Shown here: piece by piece, positions 1 through 14,275 of the stretch
Layout of the letters: each line of letters starts with the position of its first letter
How positions within the stretch are numbered: the stretch's first letter is position 1
Origin: Eledone cirrhosa
Taxonomy: Eukaryota
Direction: 5' to 3'
DNA length: 64,000 bases
NCBI GenBank assembly: GCA_964016885.1
Contig: OZ024753.1
Location: 46,190,001 to 46,254,000 of the forward strand
Position numbers and translations under genes: made by a program
Notes under the pieces: generated by a model
Told to the model about the DNA's origin: nothing
Seen by the model: the letters and a program-made list of their open reading frames with translations, nothing else
Database searches by the model: none

Positions 1-200
1 TACAGACCAAGTGTGTTAATTGAATTTACCTTTAAGATGATGGCAGCAATCTCTCCACCATCAAATATATCAATGACAATATTAATTTCTAATATAAATC
101 ATAGAGCCATGATTTTATTTTCTGTCTCTATGATTGTGTATGTTCTATTATCATCATCATCATCATCATCATTATTATTGTTATTATTATTATTATTACC

Positions 201-243
201 ATTTATCAGAAGTATTCCCGTCGAGGGAATACTTCTGATAAAT
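201..243. repeat. Perfect 19-bp inverted repeat with 5-nt loop
   Basis: ATTTATCAGAAGTATTCCC-gtcga-GGGAATACTTCTGATAAAT read directly from the sequence. Confidence 0.9.
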
Positions 244-663
244 CGTATTCTCGACATAATTGCCTCTTTTTTGTTTTGTTTTAAAGAGAAAAGGCGTCAT
301 TTTCTCAACATTAACGTATATATTACAATACATAGAAATATGTTGAATGCTTCTCTCTATTCGATTTAGTCGTCGTTATCTCATGGAATTTTCTGTAATT
401 TTTCATAAAGACATCTTAATTATTACACAGCTGTTTATGAATGGAACAGAAGAAGATAAAGAAACTACAAGGATTAAATTTGATAAAAAAAAAAACCGTG
501 TTGGTATTTTCTTTCACCAATATCACTAAGCAAGGGGTGATAAACATGGATGGGCTATAAGAAAACTAAATAATTGATCGGTCATTGGTCTCTATATTAG
601 TATTGCATTATGAAATTCAATGACATTGATGTATATCTCGTTAAAGAAACGAAATGTTATGAC

Positions 664-728
<65 letters not shown>

Positions 729-1718
729 CTCCACCACACACCCACATATTTCAATGGAAATTTGCTTATGAATGATAATATCAAGAAAAACATTTACAAT
801 GTAATAAGCACCAGTCATCTTTTTCTGACCTTTCAGCGGAGAGTATCAATGGAAAGACCATGTGGGAAATAGTTTCATTCGTCCCACTTGATGAACGGAT
901 TCACTGGTTTTCTTTTTGTCTTTTTGTTTATTTTTTTATTTTATTCCACCAATGAAATCACGAACCTAGACTCAGTAATGCCTGTGTATATTTTCGCAAT
1001 GCAATCGACATATATCAATTATAAAGAAATCCCGAATGAACCACTGGAAATATTTGGCAAGGATATTTTCAAATGATGATTTCTAACCCGCCAATAAATA
1101 TGACAGGAATCAATACGAAAATAAAGTTAGGATGGGAAAGATTGCATGAATCAACTCTTAGTATTTCTGGGGGTTTTTTTTTAGTTTATATTCTTGCACT
1201 GTCTGGAGAATTTCAGAAAAGGATGAATTTGGAAATCCATGATTTCTAACGCTAAATCCCTTGTGAACTCTGCATGAAAATATGGCTGAAAATGTCAAGA
1301 AATATGACAAATGGGATAATATTGGTTGGGTATAAATTGAACAGGTTTGGAAACTTCAAATTACAAGTGTTCACAAAATATTAGATTAAGACACATGTAG
1401 ACATACGTATAGAACAACATATGTTCAAAAACACACATGAACACACTTACACATATACCCACACTTACACACATATACACTCATACACAAACAGATGTAT
1501 ATATATATGCGTACACACGTTATATAACAGATATATAACAACAGGTGTGATTTGGAATCCCATAGATGATGGTATGCAGTTATTTCCTTCTTTATGGGTT
1601 GATATGCCCAACTTTTCGACTAGATTTCATAGTCAAAATCCTGGGTTGAAACAGTTAACTATAAGCTGACATATCTTCGAAAATCCAGAATTCACTCAAC
1701 GCTCCCTACAAACATATT

Positions 1719-1800
<82 letters not shown>

Positions 1801-2247
1801 TATACAAAGATTTTGGCCCTCTTGTAAACGCGCACATCACAGCTATACGTTTATATAATACATAAACGAATTCACAAATGCCCATACACACACATCCATT
1901 TACAATATACGTTATATACACATACTAATATCTAAAATGGTATACAAGAGAAGAATGGCGACTGGCAATAGTCCAGGTAATGTCTAAGTTAATAGTAATA
2001 AGAACATTTGATTAATGATCGCTGTAAATGTAGTTGATTTCTATTGCTTATTGAGGCAAAGAGAAACATATCCGGGAGTTTGTGAGGTTTGTGTCTAATG
2101 TTGTTTCGAAACAGAGGAGGGAGCCCAGAGAGTGTCAGGGTGGTGGGAAGTATTTGTCAAAAGGAATTTTGAATTTGTATCTGGATTTCTTTAAACGCTT
2201 CCTACAGTTTCAGAATAATGTTAAACAAAAATTGTCTAAACTAGTAG

Positions 2248-2332
2248 TGACGTGAGTTGACGTGAGTTGGCGTGAGTTGACGCGAGTTGACGTGAGGTGG
2301 CATAAGGTGAGGTGAAGTGGAGTGAGGTGGCG
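2248..2332. repeat. Degenerate 10-bp tandem repeat (TGACGTGAGT-like)
   Basis: gtgacgtgagttgacgtgagttggcgtgagttgacgcgagttgacgtgagg, decaying into GAGGTG-type units. Confidence 0.8.
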
Positions 2333-2571
2333 GTTTTTGTTGTTGAAATTGCATTATGGTTTGATAAGTTTTTGCTGTTGATGACACAAGCTGTCTTGAT
2401 ATTTGAGAAATTCAGGAAATGAATGTAAAATAATAGAAAATGAAATGTTTAAGAGGTTACTGTTGTTATTTTAGTTTATATTTTATAATTTGATATATAC
2501 ATATACATATGTATATATATACATATACTGACATTAACAGTTATGCACGCGTCTATGCAAACCCATGTGTA

Positions 2572-2608
<37 letters not shown>

Positions 2609-3090
2609 TTATTCACACAAATATTCCGCAGTATTTTAAACGATATAAATAGAGAGGTACAAAGGAGATAGTGTTGACACTCTGTACATCATAATCCTCT
2701 TAATCCACCATGGTTCATGTGAAAACATTAACCAAATTAAACCTAACTACACAATGTCCTTTATAGTGAACATTCACTGATTTCCATACGTAGTTTCAAT
2801 CCTATAATATTATGCATGGATAATCATAACCTCATTGATTGTCTCCCTTGAGAATCCAATTACTTTTAGACAATATTTTTGGCAAACTTCTATAACGTTG
2901 CTCGGATACAAAGCAAGCATTAACAAAGGGTGTGTCCCTTTGACAATAATAGCCCACTCTATATTATATGAATGTATGTTTGTGCATAGATAGATATATA
3001 TATATAGTAATAATAAATACAACAAAAATCCAAAGACTTATAAGTATGTATGTATACATACATATATACATACATACATACATATGTATG

Positions 3091-3137
<47 letters not shown>

Positions 3138-3159
3138 CCGCAGACTCCTTGTGATTTCT

Positions 3160-3365
3160 GCTGTTATCATTTAGACATGTGAACTGGCCGAGGAGATTTA
3201 TGATAAAAAATGTTCAAACTGTGACCATCATGTCTTCTTTCTGCTATACTCTATCCCGGATTCCAGTATCGAATATAGTCATTTCTTTTTTCAACATGAT
3301 ATACTATGATTGAACCGAGATTTGGCTGTTATTTCTACCAGCCAACGACCATGTCATGACTCTCA
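3160..3365 (+). mobile_element. Old interspersed repeat, possibly SINE-like; weak relatives near 18950-19120 and 24130-24310
   Basis: Loosely shared blocks aactgtgaccatc...tttt and ggctgttatttcta; similarity judged by eye only. Confidence 0.3.
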
Positions 3366-3966
3366 CATTTGATTCTGTTTATTGGCAGTTATTTGATGTG
3401 TCACGTTGTGATTTAGATTCTATTGTTGATGTTGGTTATAGCTAGATCGATAAACTTGCTGCACATCTCCCGAAGCCAACTGACTGATATTTTAGCTCCA
3501 AAGTGAAAGAGACCCCATCCTTCCGGAGCTTTTAGTCATCATTTATGACTACTTATCGCAGTAATCATTCACTCATTAGAGCACGTGACCGGAAGACTGT
3601 AATAATTTCAGTACGTGGTGGCAGGTATTGAAGCAAGAGCGAAAGTGATTCCAGGTGTGAGTAGGTTATGGAAAGGACAAGGGGTGATAATCAATTATTT
3701 GCGGTCTTCCCGTAAAATAACTGATGGAAGCGATTAATTTAAAATGTTTCATACAATGTCATGATATTCTTAGCACTCGCCTGAGAAAGGAAAGACAAGG
3801 ACATAGAAACTGTATTTGTCAACTAAGCAGAAACTAAACTAGTGTAAGTTTATACTTTAAGTTACGGTTTAAAATTCGTTGCTACATATAAAACATCTTC
3901 ACTGCATTATTACTCTCTGCAGTGGTTTCTAAAATTTAAAATAAGGTGAGAAGAGTATTATGAATA

Positions 3967-4090
3967 TAATTGTTTCCACTTCTGGCACAAGGCCAGCAAT
4001 TATCCAGTGCATTACTGGTACTTTATTTTATCGACCCCGTAAGGATGAAAGGCCTCGGCGGGATTTGAACTCAGAATGGCAAGGGCCGAC
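3967..4090 (-). mobile_element. tRNA-derived SINE family 1, 5'-truncated, deleted-tail variant
   Basis: ggcacaaggccagcaat...actggtactttattttatcgaccccgtaaggatgaaaggc...gggatttgaactcag (reverse-complement B box); matches 44322-44506 and other copies in the window. Confidence 0.9.
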
Positions 4091-4122
4091 TCAAAATATT
4101 ATGAATATAATAAACACACAGA

Positions 4123-4181
<59 letters not shown>

Positions 4182-5556
4182 AATAATTCTGGTTATTCTA
4201 TTCGTTTTAAATATGATCTTTGACATTATAGAACTACTGTGATTGGAAATTAACTGATTGGATTAAACTCTGAACTGTCTTTTACCTATCTTCCTGTCGA
4301 CTATAAAATCACATTCGAGCTTTGAATTGTTATTTGCCTCATACAGTTGTCTAAACTATTATATATATATATATATATACTGTCTATATTAGATGTCATT
4401 GAAATATATGTTTTCATGAAACGTATCTTGTCTATCATATATAGTAACATTATAGTGATATCAAGAAGGAAGATATGTAGCTTATTTTAAATATACATCA
4501 TCTCCAATTATAGAGTTTTATTTCGTAGTTTGCTGTTTGTTTCTCCTTTTCGTTTGTCATTTTATCTCAGTGATATTTTTTTTTTTTTTTATATTTATAT
4601 TTTTGCTGCGTTCTTTCCTTTTGGCAACTGACTTGATCTAAGATCATTTGTTGTAACCGAAATAATGACATCTTAGCCACTTTTTGACACAATACTACCA
4701 CGAAACAATATGAATTCACTCCAGCATGTGTGTATTTATAATGGCTGACATGACCTTTTCACGATCAAATTGATTTGGTTAACTGATGTTTTTTGTATCG
4801 TTTTTTGTTCTTCTTCTCACAATAAATTCATTCCAATAAAGACCAACAGTGACGAGGAGAAGAGAGATCATTGAAATATCAGTGGTGTTCGACTTCTTCA
4901 TTTGGAAACGATTCAACATTTTAGAAATCTGCCCATTGGTAGTGATAAATCTACCATCAATAATAATACCGACAACAGCGTTTTGATAATGATGTTAATA
5001 ATATTAAAAATAATGATAGTAGCCTGGAGAGTGGTGATAATATGGACAACAACAACAACAGACAACAACAATAACAAGAGAGAGGCAACTGTAGGAACAT
5101 TGATGACTGATGACATAAACAGAAAAAAATTGTATTAATAATGGGAAGACAAATAACAATAGAAACAATATGGTAACACATAGCGTTGGGTGGAAAGGAA
5201 GGCATTGGACCTTATGGGGGACATGCTGCTGTGTGACAGCAAGAAGTTCTTAATATTGCATGTGAAAACATTTGGGAGGGAAAGAAATGAGAGTAATGGG
5301 CAATAAAGCAAATATGTTTGCATGCATCTCCATCAAAAACTGGCGAAGATAGTCTAATGGATATTTTACTTTATAGAAGATATTCAAAGAATGTAGATAG
5401 ATACAATCCCAACCCTTGCAGTTCTTTGTTGGTACGAAGAGCATAAAACGAATTGGTCTATCCAAACAGGGGACCACAGAGGCATTAACGACCAGCGCTT
5501 CCTTCTTGAAAAAACACTGAGATGCCCACGTATTGCTTTGCTCTAGCAATATACTA

Positions 5557-5709
5557 GAAGAAGAAGAAGAAGAAGAAGAAGAAGAAGAAGAAGAAGAAGA
5601 AGAAGAAGAAGAAGAAGAAGAAGAAGAAGAAGAAGAAGAAGAAGAAGAAGAAGAAGAAGAAGAAGAAGAAGAAGAAGAAGAAGAAGAAGAAGAAGAAGAA
5701 GAAGAAGAA
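5557..5709. repeat. Pure (GAA)51 microsatellite
   Basis: Uninterrupted GAA run of 153 bp. Confidence 0.97.
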
Positions 5710-6506
5710 TTTAGCTAGGTGTAAAGTGATAAGAAGAATCGTGTTTTACGGTTCAATGAACATTTTCTGATGTTATAGCCTAACAATGTAACTTTATGTA
5801 CAAAGTTAAATAACATTATCACAATAAAATTGTTCTGGCCATTGACACAGAAAGATACATTGGCAATTCAAAATGGTGACCTTCCTGCGAGAGGTTTTTG
5901 AGAACATTCCTGCTTTCCATTGGGCACAAAAGTTAAATCTTCACCGGAAACATTTGCACTTGGATGTACCGCTCTGAGTTCCTTTCTTTTACAAAGTAAC
6001 TGAAAGAGTTAATCCAATTATTTCCATAGTTTAAACTCGAGAAATGTACATGTACTCGTATTGTTCTCTCAAGTATATCACAGTGGTAAGATATTCCACG
6101 TGGAACTTCATTGCATTATAGGAATTTGAAATATTATTTTGCTGTCGATGATATAAATTATCTGAATATAAAAACGGAACATATCATAAAAATATATTCG
6201 TTATTGGTAAGTCTATATTTCTATGTGATAATAACACATTCTTTTCTTTAGGAGAGTTACACGAACAATGTTCTTGGCAGCTCAGTACTTATTGTAATGT
6301 AAACCTATCAGAAATACATAACGGTTCATAGAAGAAATATATTATTAGAAGTATTGGTTTCCAAGACTAGGAATACATGATTCGGCTATGACTGTGTTGA
6401 AGAGAATAGAATAAGGTTTCCTTCAATCAGAAATTACAATGTAGTGAAGCAACGTACTGGGTTCATACTTCTTATTGATAGATGCCGATGATTTGATCAG
6501 AGGTAA

Positions 6507-6647
6507 ACACTGTATTTAAGGTCGAGTGACGCAACTTTGGGTTATTAGCGGCCTTTAGACTCACCTGATCAATGAAACAATTGTTAATATCTGAAATAAA
6601 ACCCTTTTTAAACAGCTGACCATGTTATTCTTCAATCTTTCACTGTA
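6507..6647 (+). mobile_element. Dispersed repeat of about 140 bp, copy 1 (possible Penelope-like terminal repeat)
   Basis: Close match to 14144-14275 (cactgtatttaaggtcgagtgacgcaa...gactcacctgatcaatgaaacaattgttaata...aataaaa); lies beside a GIY-YIG remnant. Confidence 0.75.
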
Positions 6648-6662
6648 TATATATATATATAT

Positions 6663-6900
6663 CACCAACATTTTAATCCTCGCTGTGTACAACAGCCAAG
6701 TCCTCAAAGTCAAGAGCTCTTTCCGTTGCACCTCCTCCAGTTTTGTCTACCGGATCCACTGCACTTTAACGATTTTTGGCCTCATGGCTAACACCAAACT
6801 CTTGGATTCGTCCCCTGTGAGAGAGCAACATCTTATTTCATCTCTCCAAACCTGGAGTAGAAAAGGCCTTAACGCCCCACCCTTTTCCTCTAGGCCGTCT
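6663..6900 (+). pseudogene. Penelope-like retroelement GIY-YIG endonuclease remnant, internally deleted
   Basis: ORF 6622-7035 contains SSFRCTSSSFVYRIHC and REQHLISSLQTWSRKGLN, resembling the FxCxSxNxVYxIxC and RExxxIxxLxTxxPxGLN motifs of Penelope endonucleases; the YIG core between them is missing. Confidence 0.7.
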
Positions 6901-6960
6901 TTTCCCATCACCCACTTTCCACCTACTCTCACATCACTACCACTTCACCAACACATCCAC

Positions 6961-6995
<35 letters not shown>

Positions 6996-8717
6996 CATAA
7001 GAAGTCAAAAATCTCTTTTAATGAATATTATATGAAAATCGATATGATTGTTTTTATAGGTTCACTTAATGAATAATTCCATTTAATCTTGTAATTACTG
7101 CTCTATTTATATTTGAGACATCTAATCCTCTCACTGAATCAGTTTAATCAACTTGTTGCTAATATTTTCACCGAGACCTCACAAAGATATACTTGCCTTG
7201 CATCCATGTACGATCGATAAATTATGAATCAAAATCCTTCTGTCGTTTCTATACAATTTCTACAAGGGAAAATATCTACAATCATTGATTCACCAATACA
7301 CCATTTCCTTTCTCTTTGCTGTTATTACTTGTGACTTCTTTCATCTAGTTCCGGTCCAGCTGAAATAGCAAGCTGTGTGATCGCGCAGCACTCATAGCAC
7401 TCGGACACGTGACAATGCAAAGAGCTCAATATGGAGGTAGGTCGAGTTTTTTGTTAAAACCCGATAACGTATTCAGTTCTTTTCCTCCTTTCATTTATGT
7501 AAAGTTGTTGGTGATGATAATGGTTATTGGTGCTCATGCTGTTATACCTGTTGCTGTTTAGATCTTGGACAAATCTTTTCAATAAGAAATATGAAAGCCG
7601 ATTTTCCAGGCGTGGCCATCCTTCTTTATATGGATATATCTTCACCATAGAAGATTCTATTCGGAGCATAGCTTCTTTAACCCTAGCGCAATATAGTTCT
7701 CGTCCCATAATTTCCGTGCGTAGTTGATCAATTCCTCTGGATTTTAATGCCACACCCTAGCAGACATCTACAGCTAGCGAACTACATACACAGTGCCTCC
7801 ACGACCCTGAAATAAAGGGAACGTGATGATGCAATCATTAGTATATTCCCTAGTCACTAGTATATTCCCTGTTCACATGAAATGCGGAATTCGAACCGAG
7901 AAAATAAGAAACAAGAAGAGATATCACAATATACAGTCTTCTTATTTCATTAACAAATCTCTACACGGATCGTTTATTAACGTCGAAATGGCGATGAAGA
8001 TAATCTCAGTAAGATTTGAACTCGGCAAAGGTCCTTAAGAAATATCGATGCTTCACCAAGATATCCAGTGTGTTATAACATCTAATGTGAATATTTATTC
8101 ACTGCCTTATATGGATATATACGCTTGAATTAGCTAACACGTTTTCTCCCCTTTTTAAAGAAATTCGGATGTTATTTCTAGCAAATGTAACTTGTTCTTT
8201 CATATAGAACAACTTTGAATGAAACGCTGGGTTTTTTATTTCTCATGTGATATATTAGTTATTTCATTGTCTCGAGTTCAAAGCAGCCTAATGTTTGATA
8301 TCCCCCCCCCCCTCCATCATCACAGCCGCTATCATATCAACGCTGTGGATCAATAACAACAGTGCATGTCATAATAATTGACTGGTGTCAGTTCGATCGA
8401 TTAAGCAGCTAACTTCTGTAGTCAGCAATGAACCTTCAAATAGCAAATCTATTTGCTCTGGTGTTATTATTGCTGTTGTGATTGTTGCAGTCATATCAAT
8501 TGTAGTAGTATTAGCAATGATATCGCAGCATTATCAATATAAAGTGATATATACAGAAGGAAAAAAAACAATATTGGTTGGGCATGTTACTAAGGATGTG
8601 ATTTTCACTTGAATAAGATACCTAATTGAAAGCAGGTTTGTTTTATCTTTCATAATGTTACAACATACACGTAGGTGTGTGTGTACGATGATTGTGTATA
8701 TATATATATATATATAT

Positions 8718-8854
8718 ACGGGGACACAAAATCCACGCACCACCCTAATCGCGAGAAAAGTCGTTTATATGAGAGAGACGATAATCTTTCATTTTATTTA
8801 CACAACATTTAATACCACAATATTATTTTACTAGAGCGCGACGTTTACGCCACC

Positions 8855-8858
<4 letters not shown>
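8718..8858. mobile_element. Short insertion in (TA)n with one Tc1/mariner-like end
   Basis: Bounded by (TA)n on both sides; right end CCACCCTG-TA matches the CAGGGTG terminus of the 45846 element; left end only partly matches. Confidence 0.35.
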
Positions 8859-8922
<64 letters not shown>

Positions 8923-8926
8923 ATGT

Positions 8927-8991
<65 letters not shown>

Positions 8992-9122
8992 TGTGTGTGT
9001 GTGTGCATACGTATATCAATATGTAGGGAGAGAGAGAGAGGGGGATGGTCTCTGCCAAGTTCAAAATGTTCGAGAAACGCGCCGCGCCATACCTACGACT
9101 CCTCCGGGTGTTACCGTTTCAT

Positions 9123-9167
<45 letters not shown>

Positions 9168-9226
9168 GAGACGGCGGAAATAGACTGGAAACTTCTAATA
9201 GATACATAGTTCGACATGTCTCCACT

Positions 9227-9286
<60 letters not shown>

Positions 9287-10480
9287 CCCTTCTCTCTCAC
9301 TCTCTCACTCTCTCTCCATATTCTTTTTTCTCTTTCTCTCTCTTTCATAGATAGATACATACGCTGATATATATAGTTAGGTAGACAGACAAATATTTAC
9401 ACTATACTTTATTGAGTTAATAAGAGAAGTAATTTATATTCTGTAAAATTCTCCCTGGAATAGAAATGACAGTTTAAAGAGGCGACATGTACATAGCACA
9501 GGAATATTCCAGATTGCTAGCCACAGGAAACTAACAGTATATTTCACAACACATCGTGTATTATTTGTAGATAGGAGAAACTGTGATTCACAAAGGGGTT
9601 GTCTTTGTTATGTGTATATTTTATTTTCTGTGTTCGATAGAGTGCGAAGCTCGGAGATCAGAGAGTCGCTCCATCCTTCATGAAAGTAATGCTGGTCCAT
9701 TCGAGATCCCGGCTTCAAATACGTTGTTTAAACATTGTCCTGTAGTATTTCAAAAGGTGGAGAACCAGAAGAAATAACAGTCGTAGACAGAGACGTTAAA
9801 GTAAACATAAGCATGAGGACAGAAGAATGAATTAAATTAACTGACTGAATTAACATTCCAAGGTCAAAAACAGATAGATCAAACAATTTATGATGAAGAA
9901 CGTAAAGCTCGTTAGACTAATGCTGACAAGAAACATGAAGGAGTGTTTGTGTCTTTAAAGCAACAACCATGGAATAAAAAAAACAACAACTGGAAGCCTT
10001 AATATATCAGTACTTTGAGTTACATGTTTAATGATGTTTATTAAAGTGGCGTCTACGATAGAGTCGTTCCTTCATATCAGTTGTGAGAAAAAATATATAA
10101 GATAAATTATTAGAGTCTCCACCCTATGATGTTAACACGCATACAGGCTCAGATATGCACACACACCTGAGTAAACATTCATATATACAGATCTAGTTAA
10201 GTTTAATAAACAATACACATTATTCAGTATATTTTTCGAGGCATATCTATATTCTATTCCACTCCCATGGCTAATATTTTCAGCTAGGATAACTTTTACG
10301 TTGCTATTGTTTTTTTTAACAATCCAAATAATAACAGGATTCGAAAACCTGGAATCGTGAGTCTCTCAATCATTTCAAAATGTCTTTATTAAAATATTTC
10401 TATGTAACTGGAGGTGGTAATATTTCAGCATCGTTTCCCCTGACAGTCCTCGCTCACCCTCTCATTCCATCACACACATT

Positions 10481-10569
<89 letters not shown>

Positions 10570-11292
10570 ATATATGTATATAATATAACACAAGCATGGA
10601 AATATGGACGTAAGAAGGTTGATGATGATATATGCGTAGATGGACGCCTTTATTCTGAACCACGTTGTGTTAATGTTATTGCCAATGTATATATATATAT
10701 GTGTATGTGCGTGTGTGTGTGTGTGTGTATCTATCTATGTACGTATGCCTTTATGTAACTCCATATGTATATATCCAATTATACATACATGTGTGTGTCC
10801 TCGTATATAAGTATATATAGCATATTGCCCGTAATGTACATTAGGAATATTCTGAAGATAATTATATTCACATGTCTGCAGAAATGGTGAAAGTTCAATA
10901 GTTGCAACCTCATCCTATATTCAACTCGCAAATGAAGAATTTTTTTTCCAGTTTCGTCTAAAACATGTGCAGCTGTTGCTTGCTTTTCTTATTAATGACA
11001 TACTGGCCTTCATACTAATGTTCCAGCCATTCACACATACAACACCATCTGATTCTCATTTTAGTCAGAGAAAAAGCCAAATGCTAAAAAGCACCAAAGA
11101 TTTATTTAGCAAAACACTGACACTGGTGGTCAATCTATCGTAGTGTTGTTGTTCTTGTTGTTGCTAGTCTGCTGTTGCTGTTGTTGCTGTTATAGTTGTT
11201 GTGGTTGTTGTTGTTTAGTCTTTAGTAACTTCTGATCGAAAGCCTTCAGTCCGTGACTATGCCTACTGTTTTGTTGGTACCATTTGCATCCA

Positions 11293-11329
<37 letters not shown>

Positions 11330-11340
11330 GCACAAACAAC

Positions 11341-11400
<60 letters not shown>

Positions 11401-11455
11401 TACTTACAAACCATACACACACACATACATTTATATATATGCATATATATATATA

Positions 11456-11498
<43 letters not shown>

Positions 11499-11885
11499 GC
11501 ATGTGTGTGTGGGTTCTTTTCTTTCTTTTTGTGTAGGTGGTGTGAATGTTAGCAAGTGTGTGACTATAAAAATCTTTCTAGGATTACATCATTTACTATG
11601 TCCTCCATACAGCGTGATTTGGGAGAAATTTGTCTTCAGTATCCAGCATGTTCTTACATCATATAGATCGATATTACATTATTGAGGTTCTATATAGTAG
11701 CACACATAATAATCAGCACACATATTCACACAAAAATAATAAGCAATTACATTCTTGTCTACATAAAAACTTTGTTTTGAAATTTGGTGAGATTTCCAAT
11801 TTTAATGGAATATTAACAATTATCTATATTATGATTATTAATATCATTCTCATTTCTATTTTTGCCATTATTAATATATATATAA

Positions 11886-12106
11886 GTGGTTTGGCAGTAA
11901 TCGTTAGAGCGTCGGATGACATACTTTATGGCATAGAGTCACGGCCCTTTACATCATACGTTCAAATCCCGCTGATGTTAAATTTGCATTTCATCCTCAC
12001 GAATTCAATAAAATAAACCACCAGTAATACACTGGGGTCGATTTAATCAACTTTACCCTTCACAAAACTTGTTGGCCTTGTGCCTAAATCAGAAACCATT
12101 ATTATT
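11886..12106 (+). mobile_element. tRNA-derived SINE family 1, near full length
   Basis: A-box-like TGGCAGTAATCGTT, B box GTTCAAATCC, core gcatttcatcctcacg...aataaaataaaccaccag, tail ggccttgtgcctaaatcagaaaccattattatt. Confidence 0.88.
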
Positions 12107-12279
12107 TATAGTTATTACGATTAATATTAAATCTATATTATTAATATTAGTAATAGGGATGTGTTTGTGTGGTTGTTATTGTTAAGGTCTGACTGTGTGT
12201 TGCAGACGTGTTATGTGTTCCTCTATGAATATATAAACCTATTGATATGTGTATGTGTAAAGAAAAGCATACAAACACA

Positions 12280-12315
<36 letters not shown>

Positions 12316-12335
12316 GAGAGAGAACACGGGGAGAA

Positions 12336-12407
<72 letters not shown>

Positions 12408-12616
12408 GAAGGTGTTGCATGACAGATCGTATCAAAGTTCCATCCTCCATGTGACGCCATCATTAGTAATATTGTTTTTAGTCTCAGGTGTTTTCATATA
12501 ATCTTATTGTTATAGTAAATCGAGAAGGATATTAGTAAGAGGGGAAATAAAACACACACTACTAACACGTATGTGTCTAGAAATAACAACCGTGAAAATA
12601 AGACTATATGAGCTAC

Positions 12617-12680
<64 letters not shown>

Positions 12681-13291
12681 AATATATATATATACATACA
12701 TACAAATATATATATATATATATATACGTATAGATATGTGTATATATGTGAATTTAAAGAAGAAAATTAAGTTGGTAAAGGAGGAATTGTTAATAGTTAT
12801 TCGTCAGAAGAGAAGTAGGTGACGAGATGTGATAAAAATCTCAGGAAATTAACTATTTGAGGAATTGCGAATACAGGATGATTGAAAGACAAGGAAAGGA
12901 CGAATGAAGAGAGAAAAAAATAAACGAAAGGAAAGTTGGAATGAAATAAAGAAAGTAAGATAAAACATAGAAGAGCATAAAGTAGAATGAAATAAAAGAG
13001 TCTTCATGAGGTGCTATTAGTACTGGTGAAAACGTTTATGATAAGTGGTAAAAAAAATAGACTTGAGGGAATTTAACGTTAAATGAATCAAGACAAGCTG
13101 CCGACTAGAGGTAAACTTTAGAAAATTGATCAATAAAAATTGATAAATGGAATACTTCCATCGCATTTATTACTGTATATAAACACACTCTCACACACAC
13201 ATATACTGATATATATATGTGTGTGTGTGTGTATACGTATACGTGTATAAATGTATCTTTATATATATATATATATATGGGTGTGAGTGTG

Positions 13292-13348
<57 letters not shown>

Positions 13349-13449
13349 GTATATGTATGCATGTATCTATATATATATATATATAAAGAGAGAAAGAGAT
13401 TCAAATATATATATATATGGGTGTGTGTGTGTGTGAGTGTGTATATGTA

Positions 13450-13531
<82 letters not shown>

Positions 13532-13586
13532 TATATAAGGGTATATGTATACATGTATCTATATATATATAAAGAGAGAGAGATTC

Positions 13587-13620
<34 letters not shown>

Positions 13621-14143
13621 ACGTGTGTTTACACACACGTACACACAAACACATATTACAGAGAAACGGCAATAAAGTTATTATTTTTTACGCTGCCATT
13701 TAACATTCGTTTTTCTATTCGTTTCTTTATATTTATTATATTTATTTCTCCCCAATACTCCCCCGACTTCCCTCCGATAGTATCATTCGTTATTCTTATT
13801 TATTCTCTTATTTTTACTTCTTTAGAAAAAATGTATTCCTGCCGCCGTTTATAGTTTGATGTGTTTATTTTATAATGATATTTGTTATCACCATAAGGAA
13901 TATATGACGGCCATTGATTTTGGCTCAAAACTTTGCAGGAAGACACCAACAGCTTTTGTTGTTTTCTATTTTAAAAACAGTAACAATTCACTTGGACGTA
14001 AGACCCATTTTGTTTTTTTCTTTCTATTCCTCACTATTTCCCATCCACTCTCTGCTTATCTATCAATCTAACTAACCACATCTATATATCTATCTATATA
14101 TATATCTATCTATATATATATCTATATATATATATATATATAC

Positions 14144-14275
14144 ACACTGTATTTAAGGTCGAGTGACGCAATTTCGAGTGATTAGCGACCTTTAGACTCA
14201 CCTGATCAATGAAACAATTGTTAATACTGTAAATAAAATCCTTTTTGTATGATGTTATTCTTCACTCTTTCACTA
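14144..14275 (+). mobile_element. Dispersed repeat of about 140 bp, copy 2
   Basis: Aligns by eye with 6507-6647; flanked by TA-rich tracts. Confidence 0.75.

Noticed and set aside
3581-3596. Adjacent E-box and ETS motif (CACGTGACCGGAAG)
   Set aside because: Single occurrence with no associated gene start or other promoter evidence
5533-5718. Poly-Glu ORF
   Set aside because: Pure GAA microsatellite without synonymous GAG variation
7454-7753. 99-aa minus-strand ORF in complex sequence
   Set aside because: No motif I can support; length is compatible with chance or an unrecognised transposon remnant
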